Positions 8,884 through 17,655 of a stretch of DNA of 64,000 bases are shown here, in pieces; positions within the stretch are counted from its first letter, which is position 1; each line of letters starts with the position of its first letter. The position numbers were made by a program, and so were the translations under genes. The notes below the pieces were generated by a model. The model was not told the origin of the DNA, did no database searches, and saw nothing but the letters and a program-made list of their open reading frames with translations. This stretch comes from a virus (lineage: Duplodnaviria > Caudoviricetes), in IMG/VR virus record IMGVR_UViG_3300032221_000294, positions 1 through 64,000 of that record; one strand, given 5' to 3'.

Positions 8884-9776
8884 AAGAAAATGTCACCTGC
8901 GTTTACAAATACCGAATGGGATGCGTCAAGGAGTTTGTCAAATCCCGGGGTCGCTTCCATTTCTCTGTATTTAGTTATAAATTTCTTAACATCTGGGGCA
9001 TTCACGCCACTGTCAGTGTCTGCATAGTACAGGTTCTTGACTGGTTTTGGTATGTCCCCACGGCTTAACATAAACCCAATGTCGCGAGAGAAATACATTG
9101 ATAGATCCCTGTCTGTAAGGGTAGAGTTATCCCCCCTCGCTTTTAGGGCTGCCGCCCTATGAACCATGTTCACCAGAGTTTCTTCGGCAACAGTTGGACT
9201 TTTCGGGCCTTCACCAATCCAGTTCCCGATTTTATCGTCCCCCCCTAAGAATTCATGAACGAGGGCATGTACATTGTCGTGACTCCAGCTTAAGGTATGG
9301 GGGGTTGCTTCAAGGCCCGCTTTCTTTCGCCACGATTCTGCTTTTTTCTCTACTTCGTATATGTCAACGTTCTTGCCGGCCATGACGAGGTCTTTTGACT
9401 TCGCCCCCTTGTCTTCAACGGGTTTCGTCTCCTCCGTCCCTTTACGACACTTGCCTCCGGTACCATACGCAGTTCCGTTCGGTCGTACACATCGTGTAAA
9501 GTCAAGCGTTTCACTATAGCTAACTGTTTGCTGTGGCTGCGCCGGTTGCTGAGTGCACTTAGGTTTCTTCAGCTTTTGTTGTTGCTGTTGGAGTTGAGGG
9601 TCCGGCTGCGAAGCCTGTACCACCTTGGGTTGCGGAGGCTGAGGTGGCTGCGGGGGTGGTTTGGGCTGCGGGGGTGGCTTGGGCGGGCATGGCTCTGCTG
9701 CCGCCTGCCCTGGCTCTGCGTAGAGCATGGACGAAACTGCGTCAAGCGCCTCTTGAGAGAATCCAGAGATGTTCAT
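8880..9776 (-). CDS. Tagged modular protein (GFS.EAL leader, P/Q linker, DFTRC..YGTGGKCRKG tag, HDxxH domain)
   Basis: Motifs shared with 10099..10992, 53119..53841 and 54660..55355. Confidence 0.75.
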   Translation of the reverse strand: MNISGFSQEALDAVSSMLYAEPGQAAAEPCPPKPPPQPKPPPQPPQPPQPKVVQASQPDPQLQQQQQKLKKPKCTQQPAQPQQTVSYSETLDFTRCVRPNGTAYGTGGKCRKGTEETKPVEDKGAKSKDLVMAGKNVDIYEVEKKAESWRKKAGLEATPHTLSWSHDNVHALVHEFLGGDDKIGNWIGEGPKSPTVAEETLVNMVHRAAALKARGDNSTLTDRDLSMYFSRDIGFMLSRGDIPKPVKNLYYADTDSGVNAPDVKKFITKYREMEATPGFDKLLDASHSVFVNAGDIFL

Positions 9777-10099
9777 CCTAACATTCTCATCCCTTGAACT
9801 TCTTTGCTACTTCCGCCCTGCGGGTTGCCTGGACCCCGTGGGTATGAAGCTGGTGACAGCATTTCGCTATCCAGGTTTTCCTTGAGCTTACCTTGATCGC
9901 CGGGCTGCTTTCCGCGACGTGAGTCAATATCCGCGTTCAAGTTGGTGTTCCGCTTGAACCACGGGTCAGTTTCATAGTTTTGTTTATTGACAGGACCGCC
10001 TTTTCCCGTCTTAAACTGTTTTTCCCAATTAGGGTCAGAAAACTCTAACATCGCCGTTACTTCTAAGAGTGCCTCAGGCGAGAAACCAGGAATGTCCAT
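9773..10099 (-). CDS. Small protein with GFSPEAL...FSD leader
   Basis: N-terminus aligns with that of 8880..9776. Confidence 0.7.
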   Translation of the reverse strand: MDIPGFSPEALLEVTAMLEFSDPNWEKQFKTGKGGPVNKQNYETDPWFKRNTNLNADIDSRRGKQPGDQGKLKENLDSEMLSPASYPRGPGNPQGGSSKEVQGMRMLG

Positions 10100-10992
10100 C
10101 AGTCGTTTCCGTAATTGTCTCTGATGAACTGCTCTTGAGCCTTTATCCTTTCGTCGTACATTTTCATGACATTGCCGATCATCTCTTCACCTGCCCGGCT
10201 ACCGAACTGCTTCTTATAGTCGCTGGCTTCCCTTTTGAGTTCGGCCAGACCGTCGATAGACATATTACGAGGCGACGTTCCGATCATCTGCCCGTTAGGG
10301 CGTCTCACATCTTCCTCGTCTCTTCTCTTTGGCATCCCCTTAGTAAGACTCCGAATTGTATCGGTAGTTGTTCCACCTAGCTTTTGACGAGCGTCTGCGA
10401 CCAGCGAAATAAAGTCGGTATTTGCAGGAACTCCTTGACGAATCATCTCGGCAATTCTTTTGCGATCTGAGTTAAACCTTTTGTCAGAGAGAACGTCTGC
10501 AGCGATCTTTTCGCTTTTAGACATCTTCGGTGCACCCACCGTGTGGCTCTTTCCTGAACTATCAAGAATCTTTTCGCCTTTCGGTAGCATCCCGGCGAGT
10601 TGCTCCATGACGTCCTTTTCGTCGTCGCTTACTTCAGTACCCTTGCGGCACTTTCCACCCGTGCCGTAGCGAGAGCCATTCGGACGCTCACAAGTGGTGA
10701 AGTCGTAGTTTCCAGTTAGCATTGCGGAAACTTCTTGAGCCACGTCCTCTGAGTAGCCCATTGATGCCAGGCGCTCAGCATGATCCGAGTTTTTTCCTTT
10801 TGATTTTCCAGCCATCGATAGTGCGATCGCAATTGCTTGATCTTGTGATTTTACCACTTTTCCTTCCTTGCCGCCTTTTCCGCGACCGCTATGTAAAGAT
10901 TTGGGGTCGTGATGCTTCCAGCGATGCATCACCTGACCAACCTCGTCCTTGTGGGCAGACATAGGATGGCCTTCGGGCAATTCCTTAGACAT
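10099..10992 (-). CDS. Tagged modular protein (DUF6496-like N-terminus plus DFTTC..YGTGGKCRKG tag)
   Basis: VGQVMH.WK...LHSG...KVVKSQDQAIAIALS; GGGTAAAA at 11015-11022. Confidence 0.75.
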   Translation of the reverse strand: MSKELPEGHPMSAHKDEVGQVMHRWKHHDPKSLHSGRGKGGKEGKVVKSQDQAIAIALSMAGKSKGKNSDHAERLASMGYSEDVAQEVSAMLTGNYDFTTCERPNGSRYGTGGKCRKGTEVSDDEKDVMEQLAGMLPKGEKILDSSGKSHTVGAPKMSKSEKIAADVLSDKRFNSDRKRIAEMIRQGVPANTDFISLVADARQKLGGTTTDTIRSLTKGMPKRRDEEDVRRPNGQMIGTSPRNMSIDGLAELKREASDYKKQFGSRAGEEMIGNVMKMYDERIKAQEQFIRDNYGND

Positions 10993-10994
10993 AA

Positions 10995-11213
10995 CTATTG
11001 ATCTAGATCACCTATTTTACCCTCAATTTCCTTGACATGATCTCGCAACTGAGTTACCTGGTGAGCTAATTTAGCCATGATCGTAAGCGCCTCTGTCAGA
11101 AACTCTTCGACCTCCTCCCTTGAAAGTTCGTGTAACCTTCGTCTAACGGAAAGCACACGAAACTCTGACTCAAGGGGAAACGGTTTAACTTCAAAGTTCG
11201 TCTTGGAGTCCAT
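10995..11213 (-). CDS. nblA: NblA-like phycobilisome degradation adaptor
   Basis: 72 aa; PLESEF.V....L..LSREE..EFL......M matches the NblA helix-loop-helix pattern (LEQQF...MS..QA..FL...M). Confidence 0.6.
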   Translation of the reverse strand: MDSKTNFEVKPFPLESEFRVLSVRRRLHELSREEVEEFLTEALTIMAKLAHQVTQLRDHVKEIEGKIGDLDQ

Positions 11214-11868
11214 GGGCTATTGAGCGAAGGTCAAAGAATTTTTCTGCGGCATACTCTTTCTCCTCCTCACTCATAAAATCCCCGTCCACGTATTTCATTA
11301 GCATCATCATCTCAGCGTCTGACAAAGCACGAATCTGACGTATGAGACTAGGGCTTAGCAGAGTTGCTTTATGCTCCTCGAAGTTGTAAACAAACTCGGG
11401 TGTGGCCCAGTCCTCGGGTGAACTATCGTAAGACACATGATAGTTGTTCTCGGACATCTCGCAGTTGAGAACTTTACTTTCGTCCAGTCCTAGAATCTCG
11501 GCGATTTCCTTGTAAGTCTTACCCTCTTTCACTAGGTCGGCTACCTTGTTCCGGTAGTTGGCAATCCAGCGCGGCGTCCGCACCATGCGGGAGTAATCCC
11601 GAAGGGCGTGTTGAATGTAACCCCGCGCAGTGTTCCACGCGTAAGTGCTATACTTCACGTTCATTTCGGGGCGGTAACGAGTTGCAGCAACGCACAATGC
11701 GAATTTTGCTACGGACTCTAAGTCCTCCCGTGTCAGTGAACCTGTGTGACCCCCGGTTAAACACTTTGCCCCGTAGGCAAGCCTACCTGCGATCCAAGTG
11801 TGATCTGTGACAAGTTTCTGTTGCTCAGGCGTAAGCCTTGGGTACTTTTTGTTGCGACGACGTGTCAT
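11191..11868 (-). CDS. Sigma-70 family factor, SigB/SigF-like
   Basis: EDLESVAKFALCVAATRY.P....KYSTYAW...GYIQHALRD.SRMVRTPR; HTH YKEIAEILG. Start placed at MTRRRNKK. Confidence 0.85.
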   Translation of the reverse strand: MTRRRNKKYPRLTPEQQKLVTDHTWIAGRLAYGAKCLTGGHTGSLTREDLESVAKFALCVAATRYRPEMNVKYSTYAWNTARGYIQHALRDYSRMVRTPRWIANYRNKVADLVKEGKTYKEIAEILGLDESKVLNCEMSENNYHVSYDSSPEDWATPEFVYNFEEHKATLLSPSLIRQIRALSDAEMMMLMKYVDGDFMSEEEKEYAAEKFFDLRSIAHGLQDEL

Positions 11869-11869
11869 C

Positions 11870-13798
11870 TTAGGCTTCACAGGGGATGCATTCAGCATAG
11901 TTTGTTGTCTCAGTTTCTTGGGGGAATTCGGCTTTTTCGGTGTGAGCCATGAAGTCATTATAGCCGCCAATGTGCTTCTTGTATAGCCAAAGTTGAGGAA
12001 CTGTCTTCCAAGCAGGGTTCCAGTATCCTTTCTCTTCGGCTTGCGTTTTTGTAATCTCCTCGTAATGAATTCCGTCAGCTGCTAACGCGGATTTAAGTTT
12101 GTCACACCAGGGGCAATCCTCTTTGGTTACAATAAGAGCAGGTACAACTTTCAAGTTTGTCAACAGGGACGAGGACTTCAGATAGTAGAGTGATTTGAGG
12201 TTCATCTTCCATGCTGACAAGTGCAATCGCATGATATACGCTGCATCCGACTCCGGGTCAACTTTCAGATTAAGGGACTGACCCTGACAAATATAGGGCT
12301 GGCGGTCAGACGCTTGTTTGATTAGTTCAAATTGGTCAATCTCCTGAAAAGTCTTGAAAATTTCCTTCTCAACATCGCTAAGGCAGTCAAGGTCTTGCAC
12401 ACTTCCTTTTGCCTTTAGTACCTGTTCCCAGATGCTGTCGTCTATTCCGCGGTCGCAGAAGAGTTTCTCGAGAACAGGGTTTTTACGTACGTAGGTGCCT
12501 TTCGCTTGTTTGGCTACGAAATAGTTGGAGTCGATTGGTTCAATACCTTGGCTAAAAGCACCTGAAATGACAGAGTTTGTCCGGGTGGGAGCAACAGCAG
12601 TAAGGTGAGTGTGGCGCATGCCGGATCCCACGCACCATTCAGGTTCGCCAAATCGTTGTGCCAGCTCTCGTGAGGCAATCTCGGCTTGCTCTCGCACCCA
12701 TTGATGCGTCTCGATGTTAAGTTGCCGAGCGCCTAAGGAAGCAAAAGGCAATCCACGTTTCTGGTACAGCGTATGCAGACCCATGGATCCAAGACCTAGG
12801 GCACGAGATTTTTCTGCAAAGCGGACTGAGCGACCGAGACCCACTTTGTCTTTTGCCTTACGAACGAATTCGCTAACGACCGCGTCAAGGAGGTGAATCG
12901 CGAGTTGGGGGACTGTACGTCCTGTAATAGGAGATTTCCACCCACTAAACTCGTCATACCGACTAAGGTTGAGGCTGCTAAGGACGCAGACGAACGAATG
13001 ATGCTCATCGGTGTGCAGGAAGATTTCTGAACAAAGGTTGCTTGTTTTGACCGAGAGGCTGCGTTCGGTGTAGCACTCCGGGTTTTGCCGATTTGCGTTG
13101 TCAATGAAAATAAGGTAAGGCGACCCAGAGATCATACGAGTCTTCAGAACTTCTCCAAAGAGCTCTTGTTTTTCCAGATCTCCCCCAATCATTGACTCCA
13201 CCCACTCGTCAGTGATTGTAAGAGCAACGTTCGAATCGATGAACTTTCTGGGATCACCCTTTGTGTGGTCTTTGGTTCGAAGAAGTTCTGGAACGTCGGG
13301 ATGATCGATCGGTAGGTAAATAGCGAAGGAGCCACGGCGGACACCGCCCTGTGACACAACGCGAGCACACAGATCGTATTGCTGCGCCCAAGGAACTATC
13401 CCCGTGGACTTTCCGCCGCCTGTGATTGGGGCACCCGCAGGGCGAACGTCGCCAAAATAAACCCCCACACCGCCACCGTTCTTACTCAGCTGCGCGACTT
13501 CCTTAAGGTGTGAGTATATAGAGCTAACAGAATCGCTAGGGTGTACACTATAGCAAGAAATTGGCAGGGCCCTTGAAGTCCCAAAGTTAGCAGCAACGGG
13601 AGAAGCCAAACCCAGCCACCCATTCCAAAGGCAAGTAAAAAGATCGTCAAAGAGGGTTTCATCTTCGTTAATCACAGAGGCGGCGCGAGAGACTCGCTGA
13701 AACATCGCACGGGGGGTTTCCCCAGGCAGCAGATAGCCTGCGGACAGAGTGTGCATTCCTTCGTTGGAAAGCCACTCGGGGGCAATAGGTTCGGTCAT
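11870..13798 (-). CDS. nrdA: Class I ribonucleotide reductase alpha with internal glutaredoxin domain
   Basis: PISC, GGGVG, QGGVRRG, SNLCSEI, VAPT, KSLYY, then CPWC..TVPQ..IGGY and terminal CIPC. Confidence 0.95.
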   Translation of the reverse strand: MTEPIAPEWLSNEGMHTLSAGYLLPGETPRAMFQRVSRAASVINEDETLFDDLFTCLWNGWLGLASPVAANFGTSRALPISCYSVHPSDSVSSIYSHLKEVAQLSKNGGGVGVYFGDVRPAGAPITGGGKSTGIVPWAQQYDLCARVVSQGGVRRGSFAIYLPIDHPDVPELLRTKDHTKGDPRKFIDSNVALTITDEWVESMIGGDLEKQELFGEVLKTRMISGSPYLIFIDNANRQNPECYTERSLSVKTSNLCSEIFLHTDEHHSFVCVLSSLNLSRYDEFSGWKSPITGRTVPQLAIHLLDAVVSEFVRKAKDKVGLGRSVRFAEKSRALGLGSMGLHTLYQKRGLPFASLGARQLNIETHQWVREQAEIASRELAQRFGEPEWCVGSGMRHTHLTAVAPTRTNSVISGAFSQGIEPIDSNYFVAKQAKGTYVRKNPVLEKLFCDRGIDDSIWEQVLKAKGSVQDLDCLSDVEKEIFKTFQEIDQFELIKQASDRQPYICQGQSLNLKVDPESDAAYIMRLHLSAWKMNLKSLYYLKSSSLLTNLKVVPALIVTKEDCPWCDKLKSALAADGIHYEEITKTQAEEKGYWNPAWKTVPQLWLYKKHIGGYNDFMAHTEKAEFPQETETTNYAECIPCEA

Positions 13799-14775
13799 AC
13801 GAGGTTCAGGTCTAGCGTCTTAAGGTTAACACCCAGGAAGTCTTGAGTTGGTTTAGAAACGTAATTTCCCCCATCTTTTGACTGGGCAAAGAAGTCGGTA
13901 CTTGTTGCTCCCGCCATAATAGGGTGGAACCACGATTTAATGCGGTCTGCCGCGTCGTTGTCGACGTGAAATAAAGGAACGGAAGCCCCGAGTTCCGTCA
14001 ACCGCTCGTTCGCCCTCCAACGAAGGTATTGTTTTGCGTCGTGCAGGGTGATCGTGCCTAGAGTGCGACCTTTGAATATTTGGTCTAGGAAGGCTTCTTC
14101 ATTTCTCAACACGGCTTTAAATCCCTGCGAGATCATTCTGGCTTCGTCAGGTGTAAGCGGATCCTCCTTAACTAGCTGCCGGAAGAGTTCGATTCCCGTG
14201 TTGGAGTGCTGCTGCTCGTCAAGAGCCGACCAAGAAATGATTTGAGCGATTCCCTTGAAACGCCCAGTAAGGTTAAGGGATAGCAGAACAGCAAAAGAAC
14301 TGAATAGAGAAACACCCTCCCCAGCACCGCTGAACACAGCAAGAGACTCTTTAACTCCTCGACTTTCGAGGAAGTAGCCGATCTTTTGTTGGGCGATTGG
14401 GTCACCCAGGAATGCTTCAAATTCATCTAGCCCCAGTGTGTCGGAGAGAAGGTTGTAAGCCTCGGCGTGAACAATCTCAGAGAGGGAGAAAGCACGGGCA
14501 ACCGCAACGATTTCGTGTTTCGGAAACCAGTTCGGAATGTTCGCCCAGTAGTCACTCACATGGGTTTCAAGTTGAGTGAAACCTCTCAGGATTCCGCCAA
14601 TGATTTCTTTCTCGTCTTGTGACGCATTTTGCCAATCACGAATGTCGCTCTCGAGGGAAACCTCCTGAGGGCGCCACTGGGACGATTGAGCCTTGTGATA
14701 GGCTTCGAAAAACTCAGGGAATTCAAACTTCCCGTTCACTTTATACGGTTGTCGGTACTCGAGAATGCTTGTCAT
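13795..14775 (-). CDS. nrdB: Ribonucleotide reductase beta subunit
   Basis: W.PQEV....D..DW, EIVHAEAY, EGVSLFSSF, DEQQH, DFF. Confidence 0.95.
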   Translation of the reverse strand: MTSILEYRQPYKVNGKFEFPEFFEAYHKAQSSQWRPQEVSLESDIRDWQNASQDEKEIIGGILRGFTQLETHVSDYWANIPNWFPKHEIVAVARAFSLSEIVHAEAYNLLSDTLGLDEFEAFLGDPIAQQKIGYFLESRGVKESLAVFSGAGEGVSLFSSFAVLLSLNLTGRFKGIAQIISWSALDEQQHSNTGIELFRQLVKEDPLTPDEARMISQGFKAVLRNEEAFLDQIFKGRTLGTITLHDAKQYLRWRANERLTELGASVPLFHVDNDAADRIKSWFHPIMAGATSTDFFAQSKDGGNYVSKPTQDFLGVNLKTLDLNLV

Positions 14776-15364
14776 GCTGACGCTTTATACGTTTGGCTTC
14801 TTTTTCAAGAAGATATTGTTTACGCACGGGTTCGTGCTTTGTTTCATCCCACCAGTCTGGTTTCTCGCTGTAACGCCACTCGGCGTAACCTTTGTAACCG
14901 TTGATGTAGTTGCGGTACGCTGTAACTGCATCGCCGGGGATCTTGAACTCTTCTGGCATTGCTTGGACGAAGGGTGTGTGGGCGGACCAGCTCAAGTCAG
15001 GTTCGTGCCAATAAAGAAGGTCTGCAATCTGGTCTAGCCCTTGAGTTGTTCCGTGGACTTTTCCGTACCGGCGTGAATACTCTAGATTCATTTCCAAGGC
15101 ATGGCACAATAACCAACCAACATTCGCGGGACTTTCGTAGAGCCACTTTGCACAAGGATGGTGGGCAAATCCTTTGAGGCCGTAGTATTTTTTATCAGCG
15201 TCAAAGAGTTCCTTTTGCCCCGGCTTTTCGATTTTAACCCCATGCGCGTTGAAAGCCCACGGAGTCAGCAGTTGCAGCGACTCTGTAGGCATTTTGACGA
15301 TCAATTTATCGGGCAGATCACGAGCAGCAAGGCGAGGATCATCGTTGACAGCGAAAATGTTCAC
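14741..15364 (-). CDS. Pyrimidine-dimer DNA glycosylase family protein
   Basis: MNIF...DP..AA...DK..VKM..E..QLL, HPC..W, EY..RYGK.H, QAMP. Confidence 0.8.
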   Translation of the reverse strand: MNIFAVNDDPRLAARDLPDKLIVKMPTESLQLLTPWAFNAHGVKIEKPGQKELFDADKKYYGLKGFAHHPCAKWLYESPANVGWLLCHALEMNLEYSRRYGKVHGTTQGLDQIADLLYWHEPDLSWSAHTPFVQAMPEEFKIPGDAVTAYRNYINGYKGYAEWRYSEKPDWWDETKHEPVRKQYLLEKEAKRIKRQHDKHSRVPTTV

Positions 15365-15387
15365 GGTGGTTTGGAACAGGTAAGTTA

Positions 15388-15416
15388 AGTATAACAGAAA
15401 AAAGCACGCAGTAAAG
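15388..15416 (-). promoter_or_regulatory. Early-type promoter CTTTAC-N17-TATACT
   Basis: Precedes the glycosylase-nrdB-nrdA-sigma-nblA run. Confidence 0.6.
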
Positions 15417-15421
15417 GGCGG

Positions 15422-15622
15422 TTAACCCTCCATCTGTGCGTACTTCTCGAGTCGGTCGCGTTCGCGTTGGACCATTTCAAGGTAACCTTGCTGGAGCCTC
15501 TGAACTTCGCGCAGCTTTTCCCTTTCATGGTTCTGGGCGATTCGCCCGATGATCCAGAATAAACTCAGGTTGCCGAGAAGGGTACCGACGAGGGATCCAA
15601 CGGTGATTGCAAGAAGAGTCAT
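15422..15622 (-). CDS. Small membrane protein
   Basis: N-terminal TM segment followed by a charged helix. Confidence 0.6.
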   Translation of the reverse strand: MTLLAITVGSLVGTLLGNLSLFWIIGRIAQNHEREKLREVQRLQQGYLEMVQRERDRLEKYAQMEG

Positions 15623-15762
15623 TTCCCTTGGCCCTTGTACCTACGTTGCTTAGGACGAGAGGGAGTCGCCGCCAGATTGGTGTTACGGCTGCGGCCCTGA
15701 GCACTCATTTTCGGTTTGCTTTGAATTACTTGGGCACCCGCCGATGATTTCTGTTTCGCCAT
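15619..15762 (-). CDS. Small basic protein (47 aa, ends RRYKGQGK)
   Basis: MAKQKSSAGAQVIQSKPKMSAQGRSRNT...; ATGA overlap with the next gene. Confidence 0.6.
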   Translation of the reverse strand: MAKQKSSAGAQVIQSKPKMSAQGRSRNTNLAATPSRPKQRRYKGQGK

Positions 15763-16009
15763 GTTGTTCGTGTGTGTTTAGTACAAAGTTTGCGTGTTCG
15801 GTCAGTGCCCTGACGAAGACTGTTTGAAATAGAGCGTGGTGCTCTTCATCTTGATTCCAGTAGTTCAGCCAGCCAGCCAGTTCGGTGTCGTCCGGGGCTG
15901 ACAACTCCCACCCATCGTCAATGTCTGTAACGGTGAGGTCGTTGAACGCATCCAGGGAGGGCCACCAAAATGAGCTGTCAGAAAGTTTCTGAGAGGTGGT
16001 TGATTGCAT
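15683..16009 (-). CDS. Hypothetical protein
   Basis: Acidic, Trp-rich ORF in a dense gene run. Confidence 0.55.
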   Translation of the reverse strand: MQSTTSQKLSDSSFWWPSLDAFNDLTVTDIDDGWELSAPDDTELAGWLNYWNQDEEHHALFQTVFVRALTEHANFVLNTHEQHGETEIIGGCPSNSKQTENECSGPQP

Positions 16010-16064
16010 GTGCCAGTAAGATGAGGAAAGCTACGAACGTTGTTGTGAAGACAACCTCAGTCAT
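15978..16064 (-). CDS. 28-aa membrane peptide
   Basis: MTEVVFTTTFVAFLILLAHAINHLSETF. Confidence 0.45.
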   Translation of the reverse strand: MTEVVFTTTFVAFLILLAHAINHLSETF

Positions 16065-16149
16065 AAATCAGTATTTTGTAGATGATGTAGACGGTGCCCG
16101 CTAAGAGTACCGCGATTAGGAAATTAACGCCCCAGACTGGGTCGGTCAC
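16057..16149 (-). CDS. 30-aa membrane peptide
   Basis: GTG overlaps the hli stop; (M)TDPVWGVNFLIAVLLAGTVYIIYKILIYD. Confidence 0.45.
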   Translation of the reverse strand: MTDPVWGVNFLIAVLLAGTVYIIYKILIYD

Positions 16150-16346
16150 CAAACGCCAGGAATGATTTGCCCTGTCAATGCGTAGGCGCCAAGAGCTGCA
16201 ATAACGCCAAGCATAGCCAGGCGACCGTTCAGTTTTTCAGCTTTTTCGTTGTGGGTCACAGTGTAGTCCTCGTTGGGATCAATGTACATGGTTGGTTCTT
16301 TGGCAAAGACATTCTGCCTATCGCCGTCTTCGGTCGAAATCGTCAT
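16146..16346 (-). CDS. hli: High-light inducible protein
   Basis: AEKLNGRLAMLG...TGQIIPG; ATTTAC-N16-TATACT at 16368-16395 upstream. Confidence 0.95.
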   Translation of the reverse strand: MTISTEDGDRQNVFAKEPTMYIDPNEDYTVTHNEKAEKLNGRLAMLGVIAALGAYALTGQIIPGVW

Positions 16347-16381
16347 CGTTGTTTGAGTATCAAGGTTAGTATAGGGTTAAG

Positions 16382-16546
16382 TCAGGCGAGTAAATCGCGT
16401 TCTAGTTGCAAGATGGCAAGTTTACGCTTGCGCTCTTTTTTACGCTTCCGCTCTTTCAGCCAGTTCTTGAAGTACGCCAACTCGGCGAAACTAAAGAGGC
16501 TCGGGTTCTCAAGGGCTTCTTTGGCCAACTCATTCTTCTTCTTCAT
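16382..16546 (-). CDS. Small basic hypothetical protein (54 aa)
   Basis: MKKKNELAKEALENPSLFSFAELAYFKNWLK...; ATGA overlap. Confidence 0.55.
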   Translation of the reverse strand: MKKKNELAKEALENPSLFSFAELAYFKNWLKERKRKKERKRKLAILQLERDLLA

Positions 16547-17313
16547 CGGTTTACCTCCTTTTGTTCAAGTTTAATCTTGGCTTTGGGGTCCCAACCGTTT
16601 GCTTTGTTATGGTTGGCAACAGGGCCAGCGGTGCTCACAAAACCGTCTACCGTGGACACCCATAGTTGAGAGTTGGTTACCCTCGAACCTCTTTTGCCTG
16701 CGTTTGAGGAATGTACACTTTTTCCTTGCTCATTTTTCTCCTGGTTCATTGTCTGGGCCCTCTTCTTGCCAGCTTTTACAGCATTCACGCTTTTTCCCTC
16801 GTGATCCTTGATGAAGTGCATTCTCTCAGCATTTTTTACACCCAGAACGCTTTTACCTCCAGGAGTTCTCTCAGAGTGTGCTTTCGCCGCAGTCTCTAAG
16901 GCGTGAATGCTCTTGCCGTCTTTATCTTTTCTGGCGTGTGTTTTCTTTCCCCCTTTACGACCCCCTTTGGCCGCATTTAGACTTTTGCCTTCTTTATTTT
17001 TAGTTTTGTGTAATCTCTTGCCGTTTTCTACCCCTATGACGCTTCTACCGAGACCGTCTTTGTTTTCGTGAGCCTTTTGTGCTCCCCTTTCTGCCCACTC
17101 GATCCATTCCTCCCCATTATGCCACCCCCAGCGATGGAACGAGGGTGAACACACATAAAGGTTAGAAGGATCGTTTGCTCCACCGTCACTCTTTGAGATT
17201 CGATGATGGACATGCTTACCCTTCATTTGTTCATTGGTTAGACCCCAATTTTCTTGGGCGATTTTTCTATAAGGTCGTTTGTCTACACGCACTATTGAAA
17301 CGCTATTATCCAT
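16543..17313 (-). CDS. HNH endonuclease with six ~21-aa GKS repeats
   Basis: HVHHRI...GG.ND.SNL..CS...H followed by H..K...GKS repeats. Confidence 0.75.
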   Translation of the reverse strand: MDNSVSIVRVDKRPYRKIAQENWGLTNEQMKGKHVHHRISKSDGGANDPSNLYVCSPSFHRWGWHNGEEWIEWAERGAQKAHENKDGLGRSVIGVENGKRLHKTKNKEGKSLNAAKGGRKGGKKTHARKDKDGKSIHALETAAKAHSERTPGGKSVLGVKNAERMHFIKDHEGKSVNAVKAGKKRAQTMNQEKNEQGKSVHSSNAGKRGSRVTNSQLWVSTVDGFVSTAGPVANHNKANGWDPKAKIKLEQKEVNR

Positions 17314-17639
17314 TATCTCAACACCTCTCTTTGTGAAACTTCTATAGGGCGAAAGTAATCAATCAGCACATCCACTGCTAACTGAGTTTTTAATTCACCG
17401 CAAGTATAGCAGTCTATAGCTATACTTCCTTTCTCAGGGAAGCTATGGGCGCTCATGTGAGACTCTGAGAGTGCGAGGATAACAGTAACCCCATAAGGTG
17501 TGAACTCGTGATAAAACTTGTGAAGAATAGTGGCTCCACAAGCATCGGCAGCTTTGGTAAAAATTTCTACCATCCCCTTGGAGTCATTGAGTAAGCTGAA
17601 ACTCACTCCGTACAATGATAGAAGAATGTGATGGCCCAA
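17313..17639 (-). CDS. speD: S-adenosylmethionine decarboxylase proenzyme
   Basis: LSESHMSAHSFPE, DCYTCG; TTG start after GGAGA inferred. Confidence 0.9.
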   Translation of the reverse strand: MGHHILLSLYGVSFSLLNDSKGMVEIFTKAADACGATILHKFYHEFTPYGVTVILALSESHMSAHSFPEKGSIAIDCYTCGELKTQLAVDVLIDYFRPIEVSQREVLR

Positions 17640-17655
17640 CTCATAAAGTCTCCGA

